Shown: positions 40,356 through 55,426, counted from the stretch's first letter. The stretch is DNA of 64,000 nt from Eledone cirrhosa (GCA_964016885.1 OZ024740.1:55366001-55430000); one strand, 5' to 3'. Translations and numbers: made by a program. Notes: a model not told the origin generated them from the sequence alone.

Positions 40356-42709
40356 GCAGGTGAATTGTGGGAGATCCAGTAGAACGCCATACACAATGCG
40401 TTGCGGGGTATAGTTGCTCGCAGTGTACATTGCACCGAAGACAATAAAACAATTACCAATCGCAGTCGATTAATTTTGTCAATTTAATTAATTTGAACTA
40501 TGCCTACTCTTAAAAATGCAATATAAACAATAAGGTGTGAATTTGTGATCATGCCAGGTATCTTAAATAATCGAAAATGATATTTGTTATCCTATGTTTC
40601 CGATCGATAATGTAGTGTTAATGCAGTATTATTGGAGATAGTAATAATTTGAGCATGATAAGTAATCTTTCGATAGTATGTTTGTATTAATCAGAACTCA
40701 CATATTTTCATATTGACATAAGATTAGCAGTAAATTCCATATATACATATATATGCTTACGTATATGTGTGCGTTTGTGTGTGTGCTTTTAGGATTCTTT
40801 TTATTTAATATCATGATCAAGACATTCCATAAAAGTCCTTTAATGAAATTAAAATACTAAAATTGATTTCTTTATTCTATCCTTTTTCTTTAATTTAATC
40901 TTATTTCAATGGCATTCAAAGAATTAACAAAATATTTTATGAGATAAAGAAATTGTTTTATAACAGGCATTTCTGCTAAGATAAGAAATATCAGCAAAAT
41001 TCACAGATGACACATAGTAATTTAAGAGGAAAATATTGAGGTACCAGCGAGGGAGCCTATATGTAGTCGTTCATAATTGATTTTAGAGAGAACAGCCAAA
41101 TCTTCACTCAATTAAACACAGGAAGAAGAAAACATGCGATCGTCATAAATGGAGCAGTTTTGGTAATAGTTCTACACTGAGAGCTGGAATGTAGCTAAAT
41201 ACTACAGGTAGACTATTAACATAAAATAAAGACGACATCGACTATAATCTAATGAACTTTGTCTATATAGTCTTAGGCTGAATAAAAGGAGATTTCTAAC
41301 AATTGAGATATGAAATCTCTTCAAATGGATTAGATATCTCCCTTTTAAAAAGACAAGGCGTTAAATCGGAAGTTGATATATAGGCTAAGAAAAACAAGAA
41401 TATAAGTTAGCAATCAATATACACAGAAACACGGAAATATCTAGAAGAAATAGATGCCACCCAGAGAAACCTCAAATAAGATATAAATATTTATCAATAA
41501 ACATGAACAAACTGCAGGAATTACTGATATACTAAACAAACGAAGCATCTAAAATAAAAAAACAATCACGAAAATAAACACAGAACGGTAATTGAAACCG
41601 TGCAGGGACATTTCCAACGAATACTAGAGCCACGCCAAGCGCGAGGAAGCACTGCTGAACGGATATAATACTACTAGCTATAAATTGTAGCTCATGATCA
41701 GTGTCTCCAAATTAGATATTACCAATGATATCAAGCCACGATGACGCATGCATAGAAGGTTTATGCGAATACCTTGAACACTCAACAGAGGGAACAACAG
41801 AATAAATCAGAAGAGAGAATTGTTGCCAACATCTTTAAGAAAACATGCAAAAATATGAAATCTCTGGAAATATTTATACATAAGCTCACCCACTGACAGC
41901 AAATAGAAGTTATACTATCTGATCAATCCTTCAATCACATCAACTTCACCGATCTCATTTTAATAAAGGAGCTCTATGTGTTTCCTCAGGCTGCTTGAAA
42001 TTGCAGCCATATGCGTCTCAAAACACACGTTGGTATGAAGAGGATGGGGGAAAACACAGTAGGAAATAAATAGATGAACAAAGATATACAAAAATCAGAG
42101 ATTTCTGGATGAACAAGAGGCTAAACAACAATAACAACAGTAGTTACCACCTGGTAGATGTATGAATGGCTGCAAAGGCAACTCTATATCCCATCTTTCG
42201 GACTAAGTGGCACGAGAGCATTATTAGGTTTAAATATTATTTGGTGCATGAGAAATAGATAATATATGCAAAGGTTCGTTGCCCGAGAACGAGTTACGAA
42301 TAAAGTGTATGCTGGTCATGTGATTTTTAGATAATTAAACTATGTTCAAAGAAAGGATATAAGAAGAAAAAAATACTAATCAGGATTAAATGATTATGAA
42401 TTAAGCTTTTGAGGGTGGGAATATTTCAATGCATAAAGAGATGAAATGCGATTAAGCTAATGAGAAATCCTCCTACCAATACATAAGGCGACACTTGTAC
42501 GAGAAATCAAGTGTAGAAATCTCACATGAAATTTTCACAAATACACATCATAATATATATATGTATATATATGTGTGTATATATAAATTATGTGTGTGTA
42601 TGTGGGGGAATCCATGTACATTCACGGGCATCATTTATTGTTGGATTTATCCGCTTACGTATGAGATATATTACCTATAATCGTATAGTGGAAAACCTGC
42701 ATATATATA

Positions 42710-42825
<116 letters not shown>

Positions 42826-43064
42826 CATGCGTATATGTGTATATATATATCTATGTGTGTGTGTTTCGCTTGCTATAATAACAGTATAAGCTTAACAGTT
42901 GGTCAGAAAATAGTTATTTTTACTTTGCCTAAATATACAGAACTATTGCTGCATAATTGTCTTATTGGTTTTTGGCCACCAACATTTTACACATACACAC
43001 ATACGCTCAAATGATTATATGATATGTGTATATGTATATATATACATATATATGTGTGTGTGTG

Positions 43065-43113
<49 letters not shown>

Positions 43114-43805
43114 TATATGTAGGTATGTATGTATATATACAGATTTATTTGTACTATTAAATAAGATTATACCTAAATTCACAAAATCATATCAAACAAT
43201 TATATATGCACAAGAAGAATGAGTTTAGTCGAACAATCAATACGTAAAACAGAGAGATAGGTAGACCACCGTAGGCCATACGCCTACGCAAGCTCGGGTG
43301 TTTAGTCAGTTATGTTAAAATGTTGATACAAGCATATTAATTAGGTTATTGTTTACATAATAAACAATTATTAATACATATTTTGAGATTCCGATTCCCT
43401 TTATGTAATTGATTTTGCCTAGATAATGTAAAATATATCTTACTAATTTAACTTTTTGGTGTTTATACATTCATGTATGTATTCAGTACAGTAAAGCATT
43501 TATAGAAAACGATTGGTTGCACTCATGTTTGTGTGTGGGTATATATATATATAGAGAGAGAGATTTGCGAGGTTTTTGATATGAAATCATGTGTCGAAAT
43601 AAGTAGTGTTATACTTGGGGAGGGTCATTTTTGTGTAATAATATTGCCAGAATTAATAACAGAACACACTCACTGTTTGGTTGATTTTCGCTTCTGTGTC
43701 TTTTATATCGGTTAATTTAATTTATTCGGTCCTCAATGTTACCATTGACTGACCAACGGTCAAAAATACAGATACAATATAGACACAAACACATATCTAT
43801 AGTCT

Positions 43806-43847
43806 AACAAAGTTCTTTCGTTGCACATCTGCAACATCGTCAGTGGT
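43806..43847 (-). ncRNA. Minimal hammerhead ribozyme in the inverted pLTR
   Basis: CA-CTGACGA-T-GTTGCA gatg TGCAAC-GAAA-GAAC-TT-TG. Confidence 0.72.
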
Positions 43848-45616
43848 GCTATTATGTTTCCTCCCGTTGCATTGTATGCCTACGCCATCTTTATTTAGTC
43901 TGCGCATGCGTTTGCATTTGCGAGTGTGATAGTGTTTTGTTTGATGTGTGTCCGTGTTTGGGTGACTGTGTATTGGTTATTTTATTCTATCTTAGTTTAC
44001 TAGTGTGTGTTTATATGTTTTTGTTGTTAATGTACTTGTGCATGTATTTATTTATTTATTTATTTATACTACTCTTAGGTCAAGTTCAACCAGAACATCT
44101 ACACCCAAAATGAGGGAGTAGCCATTGGCGTCAGCATAGCTGGTGGCGTTGCCAACCTTTTTATGGTATGGTGGGAAAGGAGACTTAAAGATCTCCTTGA
44201 TGAGAACTCCATAGACCTCATCATGTACTCTCGTTACGTAGACGGCATCAATATAGTAATAAGGACATCCCCACAAGAGAAAACTAACAAGTTTGACTTA
44301 GAACGTAGCACAATGGAAAGCATCCAGCAGATAGCTAATTCCATACACCAGAGTATAACTGTAACTATCGACTACCCTTCCAAACACCCTAACAATAGAC
44401 TACCTGTATTAGACACGGAACTCTGGATTAACACTATAGACGAGAGAGCCCAAATTCTCCACTCACACTATGCTAAACGCATGGCCTCCAAATACCTGCT
44501 ACTCAAAAACTCAGCAATCTCCAGTAGTGCTAAGTTTAATATTCTGATCGCAGACTTGGTACGAGTGATGAAGAACGTGTCCAGTATGTGCGACCCAACA
44601 GAAAAGGAAAGACACATGCAACACTTCATCAACCGCATGCGATTCTCTGGCTACAACCAAAGAGACAGAATCAGAGTAGACAAAGGAGCCACAGAGAAGT
44701 ATAAGACCTTCATAGAACTGAAAATGAAAGGAATTTGCCCATTATACAGGAGAAAATCATGGAATAGCTTAGATAGGACTAGGCATAAGATAGGGAAAGC
44801 CACCTCATGGTACGACAACCAGAGATACCAGAGTGTCATGTTTGGAGGGAAATTAGCTAACCAGTGTAGAAAGGCCCTGAGAAAGACCCACTTAAAGATT
44901 AAGGTGGTAGAAAAGCCAGGAACCACCATAAAATCCCTGATCAGCAAAACCTATCCTTTTAAGAAAACCCACTGTACTAATAGGAAATGTATCACATATA
45001 AAGTAAACCCCCGGATAAACTGTAAAGCTAGAAACGTATTCTATAGCATAAGATTACAGAGGGTACTTGCAGAAACATGACAACAACATACATAAGCGAG
45101 ACAGCTCGTAGCATAGGTGAAAGTATAGACCAACACTGGGGTGAACTAAAAGGACGAAAAAACCGTTCAGTACTATACGAACATACCAGACAACAACACG
45201 ACGGTAACATAGACAACATAGAAATTAGAATAATATCTAAACATAGAAATGACCCAGCAGATAGGCAAATCAGAGAGGCCAGCGAAATAGAACTTAGAAG
45301 GCCAAGACTAATCAGAAAAAATGAATGGAATAACAACAACACCCAAACAAACAACACTGACCTAAGAGAAGTGTAATAAAATAAATAAATAGATACACAA
45401 GCATAATAACAACAGACACATATAAACACACACTAGTAAACTAAGATAGAATACAATAACCAATACACAGTCACCCAAACACGAACACACATCAAACAAA
45501 ACACTATACACACGCAAAAGCAAGAGCAGAGAAGACAAAAAAACAAAAACGAATAAATAAACAGACTAAATAAAGATGGCGTAAGCATACAATGCAACTG
45601 GAGAAAACATAATAGC

Positions 45617-45658
45617 ACCAATGACGATGTTGCAGATGTGCAACGAAAGAACTTTGAT
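45617..45658 (+). ncRNA. Minimal hammerhead ribozyme in the 3' pLTR (C3>A mutation)
   Basis: Same motif as 43806-43847 but ATGACGA in place of CTGACGA. Confidence 0.62.
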
Positions 45659-45852
45659 AGACTATATATATGTGTTTGTGTCTATATTGTATCTGTATTT
45701 TTGACCGTTGATCAGTCAATGGTAACATTGAGGACCGAATAAATTAAATTAACCGATATAAGGGACCCAGAAGCGAAAACCAAACAAACAGTGAGTGTGT
45801 TCTGTTATTAATTCTGGCAATATTATTACACAAATATGACCTTCCCAAGTAT

Positions 45853-45941
<89 letters not shown>

Positions 45942-46169
45942 TATGAGTAACACTATTATTTATTCGTTATTTTTAAAACTACATGTCCATATTTCTCTTA
46001 AAACTTATACATCCTTCACTTTCTCTTTAAAATATAATTAATTGCTTTCTAATAAAACAGAAGATGGCTGACAGAATAAGGATTGTTTCTTGACTTTAAC
46101 TATATATACATTTACACGTTAATTCTACCAACACGGAAGTGTCATGTTCGTGTTGCTGATTATTATATT

Positions 46170-46732
46170 AATTGTTTCTACTTTTTGGCACAAGGCCAGC
46201 AATTACCCACCTACATTACTGGTACTTTATTTTATCGACCCCGTAAGGATGAAAGGCAAAGTTAACCTCGACGGGTTTTGAACTCAGACTGTAAAGGGAC
46301 GTAACTATGCTGGAAAGCATGGGGTCCGACCCTCTACCGATACTGCCAATTCACTAACCTTCATAAAGGTCAAGATTATAATGAAAATTAATCGCGTTAT
46401 ATATGAACCCAATCATGTTTCGCTATTTCCATATAACGCGGTATTTATTTCATTGCCAACTGAGATATTACACATCATTATTGTACCAGTAATGCACTGG
46501 GTAATTTGCTGGCCTTGTGTCTAAAGTAGAAACAATTATTATTTTCTTGGATTGGCCGTATCGTTAGAGGGTCGGACGCCATACTTTGTAGCATGGAGTT
46601 ACTGGCCTTTACGATCTGAGTTCAAATCCCGCCGAGGTTAACTTTGCCTTTCATCCTTACGGGGTCGATAAAATAAATTACCAATATGCACTCTGATAAT
46701 TGCTGGCCTTGTGCCAAAAGAAGAAAGAATTA
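46170..46732. mobile_element. Three SINE copies: minus 46170-46358, plus 3' fragment 46483-46540, plus 46547-46732
   Basis: Each aligns with 12508-12690. Confidence 0.88.
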
Positions 46733-46899
46733 TTTTCTTAGCTTTTATATGTATCTAGATATGTATGTGACATTTTTTTGCGATGCTGTATTGCTGGCCA
46801 TAGGCAAGTACCAAGCAGGACTAAAAAGCCAAGTCCGTGATGATCATGTTTAAATATCAAGCGAAGGCATTGCTCGAAATCGAGTTGGAACCATTGTTA

Positions 46900-47092
46900 T
46901 ATGCATGCATGTAAGCATGGATGTATGTATGTATGCATGAATGTATGTATGTATGTATAATATGTATGTATGAATGTATGCATGTATGTATGCATGTATG
47001 CGTGAATGCATGCAGGTATGTATATATGTATGCATGTATGTATGTATGCATGTGTGTATGTATATAGGTATGTTTGTTTGCATGTGTATGTA
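46900..47092. repeat. (ATGT/ATGC)n tetranucleotide microsatellite
   Basis: Directly visible. Confidence 0.93.
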
Positions 47093-47492
47093 TACGCTTC
47101 TTAGTGCACAGGTGAGAAGAAGGAGGAAACGAAAGCAAAATAAAACCACCCTCTGCATAAGGACATCACAAAGACATTGATCATTTAAGAATGCGTGCTT
47201 ACTGGTATGTGTGTGCGAATACAAACACATACATAGAGATGAGAATTTCGTCGTCATTTAACTTATCAAATTAATTGAAATATGATAATTATTAATTGTT
47301 TTTATTACAGTAGCATTCACATGGAAATTAAACATTACATTTTCTCAATAATAATATATACATACACATGTACATATATATATATATAAAGAGAAATAGA
47401 GGGTAAGAGAGAGACGCAAACACACACACAGACACACAGGCACACACACGCACACACACAGGCACACACAAACACACAGACCCACGCACGCC

Positions 47493-47552
<60 letters not shown>

Positions 47553-47727
47553 CACATACATATTTATATATTCGTGCATGTATGTGTGTAAGTAATGCGA
47601 ATAATATAATGTGGCAGTTACAAATGTTTGATTCATGTTATTGATGCCATTGTAAACAACTATATAACAAAAGACGGCATATATATATATATATATATAT
47701 ATACATACATACATACATACATATATA

Positions 47728-47785
<58 letters not shown>

Positions 47786-49619
47786 TATATATATATACAT
47801 ATCATTACCAAAACATATAATTTAATCCAATTAAAGCTATTAGCAATAATTAACAAATCACCCACACGCACATATGTATAAGTACAGTAATCGTATTTGC
47901 CAAAATGTTGCATTTTATTATCAAACAAATGCTTGAGGCATCTGACAGTTACTATGAAGAAAAAAAACCAAAACGAAATACACAAAATGATCAAAAAGTA
48001 CTCCCTGATAAAACAAATAAAATAAAAAAAGAAATATAACCCTTGATTCCAAAAAAAATAAAATATGCAACTAAAAAATCAATCAATATTATAAATCGGT
48101 ATATAATCACCCGCTTATCTATTCGTATCGCTCACTCTTTCCCTCTTTCTCTCTCTCTCGATTTATCGCTCTTTATCTCTATTTCTTTCTTTTACCCATC
48201 TCTCTTTATGTATACACAGATGTTGTTTCTTTGGTGTTGCTGCTGTTGTTGTTTTAGTTATATCAACCTACAAGGGTGCGCTGCACTTCGATCAAGTAAA
48301 TATAAGACCACCATATTCCAATTTTACATCAATTACTTGGGAATTTCGTTTAAGTATTGTAGTCAACCGACATTAGCATAATCGTGTGAAAGTATGTGGC
48401 GTAGTGGATCGGAATTTGGATTCTTGATCATAAGGTCATGGGTTCGATTCATTGGCCGTATGACATCGACGCTTATGTATAGAGCACTCAAATTCAGTAA
48501 CGGTAACAATCATTGACACAGAGGTGTATATAATTATATATGTATAAATGACCTGTTCATGCACCACAAGTATATCTAATATACATAAATACACAACAGT
48601 GCAACGCATAATGTATCATAGAAATCTCTTGGAATCTATTACACTCCCTCTTTGGAAGGAAGTAACTTGTCTTGAACAAAGCACCATTAACTAATCGGAA
48701 ACAGAGATACACGATGAGACAGTTGAATTCATGAAGAACCACACAGAACACATCTCACATACAAGTTGTTTGTGGATTTAGTCTTCGATCTTTCTCTAAA
48801 TATTGACACCACATTGCAGTAATTTTTCTGATTTGGGTATGTAGATCTACGCATAAATTTCAAATTTCAAATGTCCGACTCAGCAACATTAGCACGTCCT
48901 ATATTTTTGCTTCGAGCAGAGGAAAGGGAAGGAAGTGTGTAAAACCTGTTAATAAAGAGAACTAATGATGGGAGAAAGGTAATGTAAAGTAGCAAATGTA
49001 TCGCAGCTGTTAATAATGAGATTTACAGTGTAATGCCATTAGGAATTGAAGTGAAAATAACTAAAATCAGGGGATCGGATTAAAATTTTTATCATGGAAA
49101 GGGCTCCCACTATGGCGCTCACATCCTTTCATGTCTTTCAGTATTTTAACAAGGAATGATGTGTCTTAGTCTTTGAAATAATTCAGTGGTTTAAGGGAAG
49201 AATAAGCATCTTAGAGGTATATTAGAGTTCTCTTCGAATGATGCCAATGAATTCCACCCTGCCCTTCAAATCTATCACAGTGTGCTAGGCCACCTCACCA
49301 AACCTCAAACGCTGACAGTTCAATTTCCATTGACACTACTTAATTAGTCACACTCATAAACTCAAGTTTCAACCATAGAAATAATAATAAGAGATGCTGC
49401 AATAAATCTTCTGAGCGCAGTATAAAGTAATGGCCTGTCCATGTACCACATGTATAGCTAATATTTATAGTCTAAAATATTTGCTCTATCGAAACAAGAA
49501 TGTTCTTGTCTCATAACTTGTGAGAAGCTGCTAAAATTCAAGAGTAAAAAGACACACTATTTAGCCTTAATATAATTGATATTCATATATATAGTACATA
49601 TATAATATAAATATATATG

Positions 49620-49895
<276 letters not shown>

Positions 49896-49938
49896 CATAT
49901 ATATATATATGATATATATATATATAGAGAGAGAGAGA

Positions 49939-52900
49939 GGTAATTATTACTATAGGTAAGTTTAAGTAGGAGTCCCAGCTCACTGGTATCAATCCCACGG
50001 AACTCAACATTGCTCTCACTGATCATTTCTACGCATTTCTCCACAGCAAAATCCACGTCAATAGATGGATACAGGGACACAACATCCATACTACCTATTA
50101 TGCAGTTTGTTAGGTCCCTATATCGGTTACTCTCGCCGATTCTGCTGAGGAGGTCCTCCGTGCTGTCACATACATCTGGGGACATTTCAATGATGGGGCG
50201 TATGATCAGGGAGAGGAAGTAGGACAGTCTGTAGTTACTAGCAATGTTAGCTCCACAGACTGGCCGTGTTGGTGGTCCCGCGACAGGGTCACTGCCCGTT
50301 TTATGGTCTTTTCGAAGCCCATACAACGCCGGCACGTCATTGTTCCAGGCCTGGAAGTTGTTGGCAGTCCTTTTGTTGGGCTGCATTATATTCGTCCACA
50401 TCACCATATGGGCATTGAGGGCTTTTTCTCTATCCTCATGCTCCTGTGGTGTTACCTCTCTTGTGTTAGTGATGTGGGGTTGCATTGCCTGGATGTAGTT
50501 TGGCAGGCTGTCAACCGACATTCTGCCAGACTTGTCTGTTGGAAAGCATGCTATCTCTCCATTACGCGAGCGCTGCATGAGCTTACGCAAGCCATTTGCA
50601 GATTTTTCTCCCAGTTGCTGGGCCTCCATTCTATTATGCTTCTTGCTATACTGTTCTATAATATTTCTAAGTTTGGATCTAGCTATACTAAATTGTGCTT
50701 CTGTTTGTTCATCGACCTGCGACGGCAATTGCGTGCGTTTGTTAAATGGTAAAGTCGTGGCGTGGACTCGTCGCAGGTCGAACGATTTATCGGAGGGATT
50801 ATAAAAAGTAGAGTTCAAGGCTGCTGCTTTATGTGTACTAGTGCTATTGTTACCGATCTAGGGACCTAACAAACTGCATAATAGGTAGTATGAATGTTGT
50901 GTCCCTGTATCCATCCATTGACGTGGATTTTGCTGTGGAGAAATGCGTAGAAATGATCAGTGAGAGAAATGTTGAGTTCCGTGGGATTGATACCAGTGAG
51001 CTGGGACTCCTATTTAAACTTACCTATAGTAATAATTACCTAGACACATATGACCTTAGCAACCTGTGCCCTACAAGACCAGCAAGAGGCAGACCACCTA
51101 CCATTACCTCAATGGCCAAGAAAACCCACACAGATAGATGGAATGGGTGGACCAGAGCCATACGGACACCCGAAAACCACGATGAACTGAAGAAAATGAT
51201 TGCACATGCAGTAGGGGCCAGCATAAAACTAACCCTTAAGGAACATATGTTCAAATTTAATGGAAAAACATATGCCCAAGAGGAAGGAGCAGCCATTGGT
51301 GTTAGCATTGCAGGCGACATAGCTAACTTATTCATGGTATGGTGGGACAGTAGACTCAAACTTAAACTTAAAGAACAATTAGAAGACCCCTTAACCCTGA
51401 TAATGTACTCCCGCTACGTTGATGATATAAACATCGTAGTTAAGACACCCCCACTAGAGAACAGTCAAGAACTAGAGAAAAACACAATGGAAAGCATCCA
51501 GCAAATAGCTAACTCCATCCACCAGAGCATTAGAGTTACTATAGACTACCCAAGAAAACACCCCAACCATCGATTACCTGTACTAGACACAGAGCTCTGG
51601 TTAGATACCATTAATAACAAAAAACAAATCCTCCATTCCCATTATGCCAAACCCATGACTTCCAAACATCTGATCCACCGAAACTCGGCCGTTTCGGACC
51701 ATACCAAAATCAACATACTGATTGCGGATTTGGTACGGGTGATGAGAAACGTGTCCTGCATGTGCAACCCCGAAGAACTAGAGAGACACATACAACACTT
51801 CATCCACCGTATGCAGTTCTCTGGCTACAATCAGAGAGATAAAATCAGAGTGTATAGAGGAGCCAGAACCAAATGGGAAAAAATGGTAAATAATGACGTA
51901 AATGGGACCTGCCCCTTGTATAGGAGCACATTTTGGAAAAGAATAGAAAGAACTAGGAACAAGGATAATAGAATAAACTCATGGTATGATAACAATAAAT
52001 ACCAGAGTGTAATGTTCATCGATACAACCCCTAGAGGTGAATTAGCTTACACATTTAGAAGGGCCCTAGATAAACATAAACTCAATATTAAGATAGTAGA
52101 AAGACCAGGTACCTCCGTAAAAACACATATTAGCAAGACATACCCTTTTCAAAGACTCATGTATAGATAAGAAATGTATAACCTGTAAAATAAGCCCCCA
52201 TATTAACTGTAAAACTAGAAATGTAGTGTATAGCATAAGATGTACTGAAGGACAATGTAGAGACAAAAATATAGTGTACATAGGTGAGACAGCTCGTAGT
52301 CTAGGGGAACGGATAAATGAACACTGCCGAGACCTTCAAGATAGTAAAGAATCATCTGTACTCTACTAACATGCTAAAATAGAACACAAGGGTAAATTAG
52401 AGAACATAGAAATAAAAATAGAATCTACACACAGAAAAGACGCAATGTTTAGACAAATCATAGAGGCAATAAACATAAAAGAATTACAACCAAAATTAAA
52501 TAGAAAATATGAGTGGAACAGCAACATCACAACTTACAATTAAGGACAAAATGAAAACACACACACACATAGAACAAACAACCAACCAGTAACATGTAAA
52601 TAAACAAATAAATAAATGAACATAAACACACACAGACACCCGGATGTGGCGAATGCGCAGACTGAGCACACAACACACACACGGAAACAAAATGGCGTAG
52701 GACAGAACAAAGGATAGGCACAAAAACAAAGAAAGGAATCCCCAGTCACTGAAGAGGTCACAGAGTGTGTGACGAAAGAACTATGACAATATATAAACAA
52801 CTATCTGGTTGTGGAACCAACCAACCAACCAGAAATTTATAAATTTATAAATTTATTATAAAAAATTGAAGTGAAAGCTACTGGTGCGTGTGTTTCTTAT

Positions 52901-52980
52901 TGGCAACATGACCTCCCAAAGTATAACAATATCGGTTTCAACACACGATTTCAGATAAAGAACCTTGCTAAACAAATTCA
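49939..52980 (+). mobile_element. Penelope-like element (Neptune/Nematis-like) with an inverted 5' segment
   Basis: Minus 49939-50850 encodes N-terminal RT (TDKSG, LYGLRKDHK, PPTRPV, SMDVVSLYPSI); plus 50851-52540 continues (Q.EGAAIG, RYVDD, LPVLD, frameshift near 52150, C..KKCITC, NVVYSIRC, YIGETARSLGER..EH, RQI.EA..LNRK.EW); then pLTR; TA/GA repeats both sides. Confidence 0.94.
52745..52787 (+). ncRNA. Minimal type I hammerhead ribozyme in the pLTR
   Basis: GTCA-CTGAAGA-G-GTCACA gagtg TGTGAC-GAAA-GAAC-TA-TGAC: 4-bp stem I, 6-bp stem II, minimal stem III typical of Penelope hammerheads. Confidence 0.85.
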
Positions 52981-52986
52981 GAAACG

Positions 52987-53026
<40 letters not shown>

Positions 53027-53028
53027 AG

Positions 53029-53162
<134 letters not shown>

Positions 53163-53184
53163 TTATATTCTCCGAGTGAAAAGA

Positions 53185-53271
53185 ACCTTCTGACGAGAGT
53201 TTATCTTTTCAATGGAAGGCCGCAAGGACTGTCCATTTATTTTTGAGACTCGAAACCGATTCGGTAAAGGT
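53185..53271 (+). ncRNA. Intact type I hammerhead ribozyme with extended stem II
   Basis: ACCTT-CTGACGA-GAGTTT..AATGGA..CC gcaa GG..TCCATT..AGACTC-GAAA-CCG att CGG-TA-AAGGT; all core nucleotides present, GUA site; lies in an ORF-less ~290-bp island (53160-53450) between (GA)n and (TA)n. Confidence 0.88.
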
Positions 53272-53470
53272 AACCATAGTGAGTACAGTGAATTTTTTGA
53301 AATTTATTTTGAAACATTTTCTTATTTGCTAAACCTTGATTATATATGTTCTGGCTCGTTAATTATTTAACCTGCCATTGAACCACATTGGCATATGGTT
53401 GGACAATACATGTCTATGGACGCTTTTTGCGTGTAGGGATATATACTTTATTATATATATATATATATAT

Positions 53471-53617
53471 AAATAGTTCCACAACAGTTAGTTCACCATT
53501 CCGAGAGCAAATGTTCTCAGTATGGGGAACTAACTGTTGTGGAACTATTTCTACCAAACTCGTCCCATGGACTGCGTGCTCTACTACTACGGATATTACC
53601 CTCCAGTGTTCTACTAT

Positions 53618-53618
<1 letters not shown>
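53471..53618 (+). mobile_element. Fold-back mini-element (hairpin + tail) between (TA)n tracts
   Basis: AAATAGTTCCACAACAGTTAGTTCACCAT / ATGGGGAACTAACTGTTGTGGAACTATTT (53471-53550); tail holds CTCTACTAC as in the 33292 family. Confidence 0.65.
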
Positions 53619-53705
<87 letters not shown>

Positions 53706-53742
53706 TATATATTATATATATATGTATATATATATATATATA

Positions 53743-54585
53743 TGGGGAGGGTCATATTTGTGTAATAATATTGCCAGAATTAATAACAGAACACACTCAC
53801 TGTTGGTTTTCGCTTCTGTGTCTTTTATATCGGTTAATTTAATTTATTCGGTCCTCAATGTTGCCATTGACTCAAAAATACAGATATAATATAGACACAA
53901 ACACATATATATAGTCTATCAAAGTTCTTTCGTTGCACATCTGCAACATCGTCAGTGTTGCTATTATGTTTCCTCCCGTTGTTTATTTATTTATTTGTTT
54001 ATTTTTTTGTCTTCTCTGCGCATGCGTTTGCGTGTGTGTATGGTGTTTTGTTTGATGTGTTCTTGTTTGGGTGACTGTGTATTGGTTAATGTATTCTATC
54101 TTAGTTTACTAGTGTGTATTTATATGTGTTTGTTGTTATTGTGCTTGTGTATGTATTTATTTATTTATTTATGTATTTATTTATACTTCTCTTAGGTCAG
54201 TGCTGTTTGTTTGGGTGTTGTTGTTATTCCATTCATTTTTTCTGTTTCGCCTTGGCCTTCTAAGTTCTATTTCGCTGGCCTCTCTGATTTGCCTATCTGC
54301 TGGGTCATTTCTATGTTTAGATATTATTCTAACTTCTATGTTTTCTATGTTGTCTATGTTACCGTTGTGTTGTTGTCTGGCATGTTCGTATAGTACTGAA
54401 CCGTTTTTTCGTCCTTTTAGTTCCCCCCAGTGTTGGTCTATCCTATCACCTATGCTACAAGCTGACTCGCCTATGTATGTTGTTGTCATGTTTCTGCAAG
54501 TACCCTCTGTACATCTTATGCTATAGACTACGTTTCTAGTTTTACAGTTTATCCGGGGGTTTACTCTACATATGATACATTTCCG
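53743..54585 (-). mobile_element. Second, shorter copy of the 43560-45858 Penelope-like family (GIY-YIG + pLTR)
   Basis: KCIICRVNPRINCKTRNVVYSIRC...YIGESACS...RQIREASEI..EW nearly identical to 44985-45376; pLTR with hammerhead at 53918-53959. Confidence 0.92.
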
Positions 54586-55229
54586 CGTCTTCCTTGCCGT
54601 CCTCCGAGGAAAAGCCTTTTCCATTCTGTCCGCCGGGGTTGTAGTGAGGCCAGCGATATGATTGACTGACTTGTCATTTTATCAGTCAGATACTCACTCA
54701 TCCACTCTTCTAGTATAGATACATACATACAGAGTGTCCATCTGTTAACCAAAGCAACACCTACACATAAATGAAGACATGACAATTGTGTAAAATCCCA
54801 AATATAATCCAGTGCAGCCTAAATATTATACTCTTTAAATCTAAATATAATACACCAGTAAAATAATATTCAAGACATCAATAAATTAATATCTTCTATA
54901 CTAATTACTATATCAACAAATCTTAACAGCGGAAAAAAAAAACATTTTGTACCGGAGACATTTTACCGGTGATAACATTTCAAATAATATATGTATTTTT
55001 TTCCTTTATGTAACCCTACCCAACATCAAACGAAATAAACAAACCTAAATCACACCAGACACACCAAATAATGTAATATATATAAAAATGGTTTGATGTT
55101 TTGTTACAAATGTGTATGATTCAGATGTAAAACATCATGAAGGCACCATTAACTTATACATGGTATATTTACCGTTCTTTCCTTCTAGTCTGAGAAAGAA
55201 GAATCAAGGCCACTCATATCTTTCTTAAT

Positions 55230-55314
<85 letters not shown>

Positions 55315-55336
55315 ACCGCTCTCCTTATATATATAT

Positions 55337-55426
<90 letters not shown>

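Larger units (their letters stand above)
43560..45858 (+). mobile_element. 5'-truncated Penelope-like element (Neptune/Nematis-like) with inverted pLTR at its 5' end
   Basis: Body 44082-45376: Q.EGVAIGVSIAG, YSRYVDG (DD motif mutated), LPVLD, C....C, NVFYSI, YISETARS...H, RQIREA..EW; 43611-44082 is the reverse complement of ~45357-45853; TA/GA repeats flank. Confidence 0.93.

Noticed and set aside
41080-42025. Old repeat motif resembling CTGCTAGAAATAGCAGCCAAATC (also ~7175, ~12310, ~31393)
   Set aside because: Too degenerate to set boundaries or class without alignment.
42506-42516. ATCAAGTGTAG match to U2 snRNA
   Set aside because: Only 11 nt; flanks do not continue the U2 sequence.
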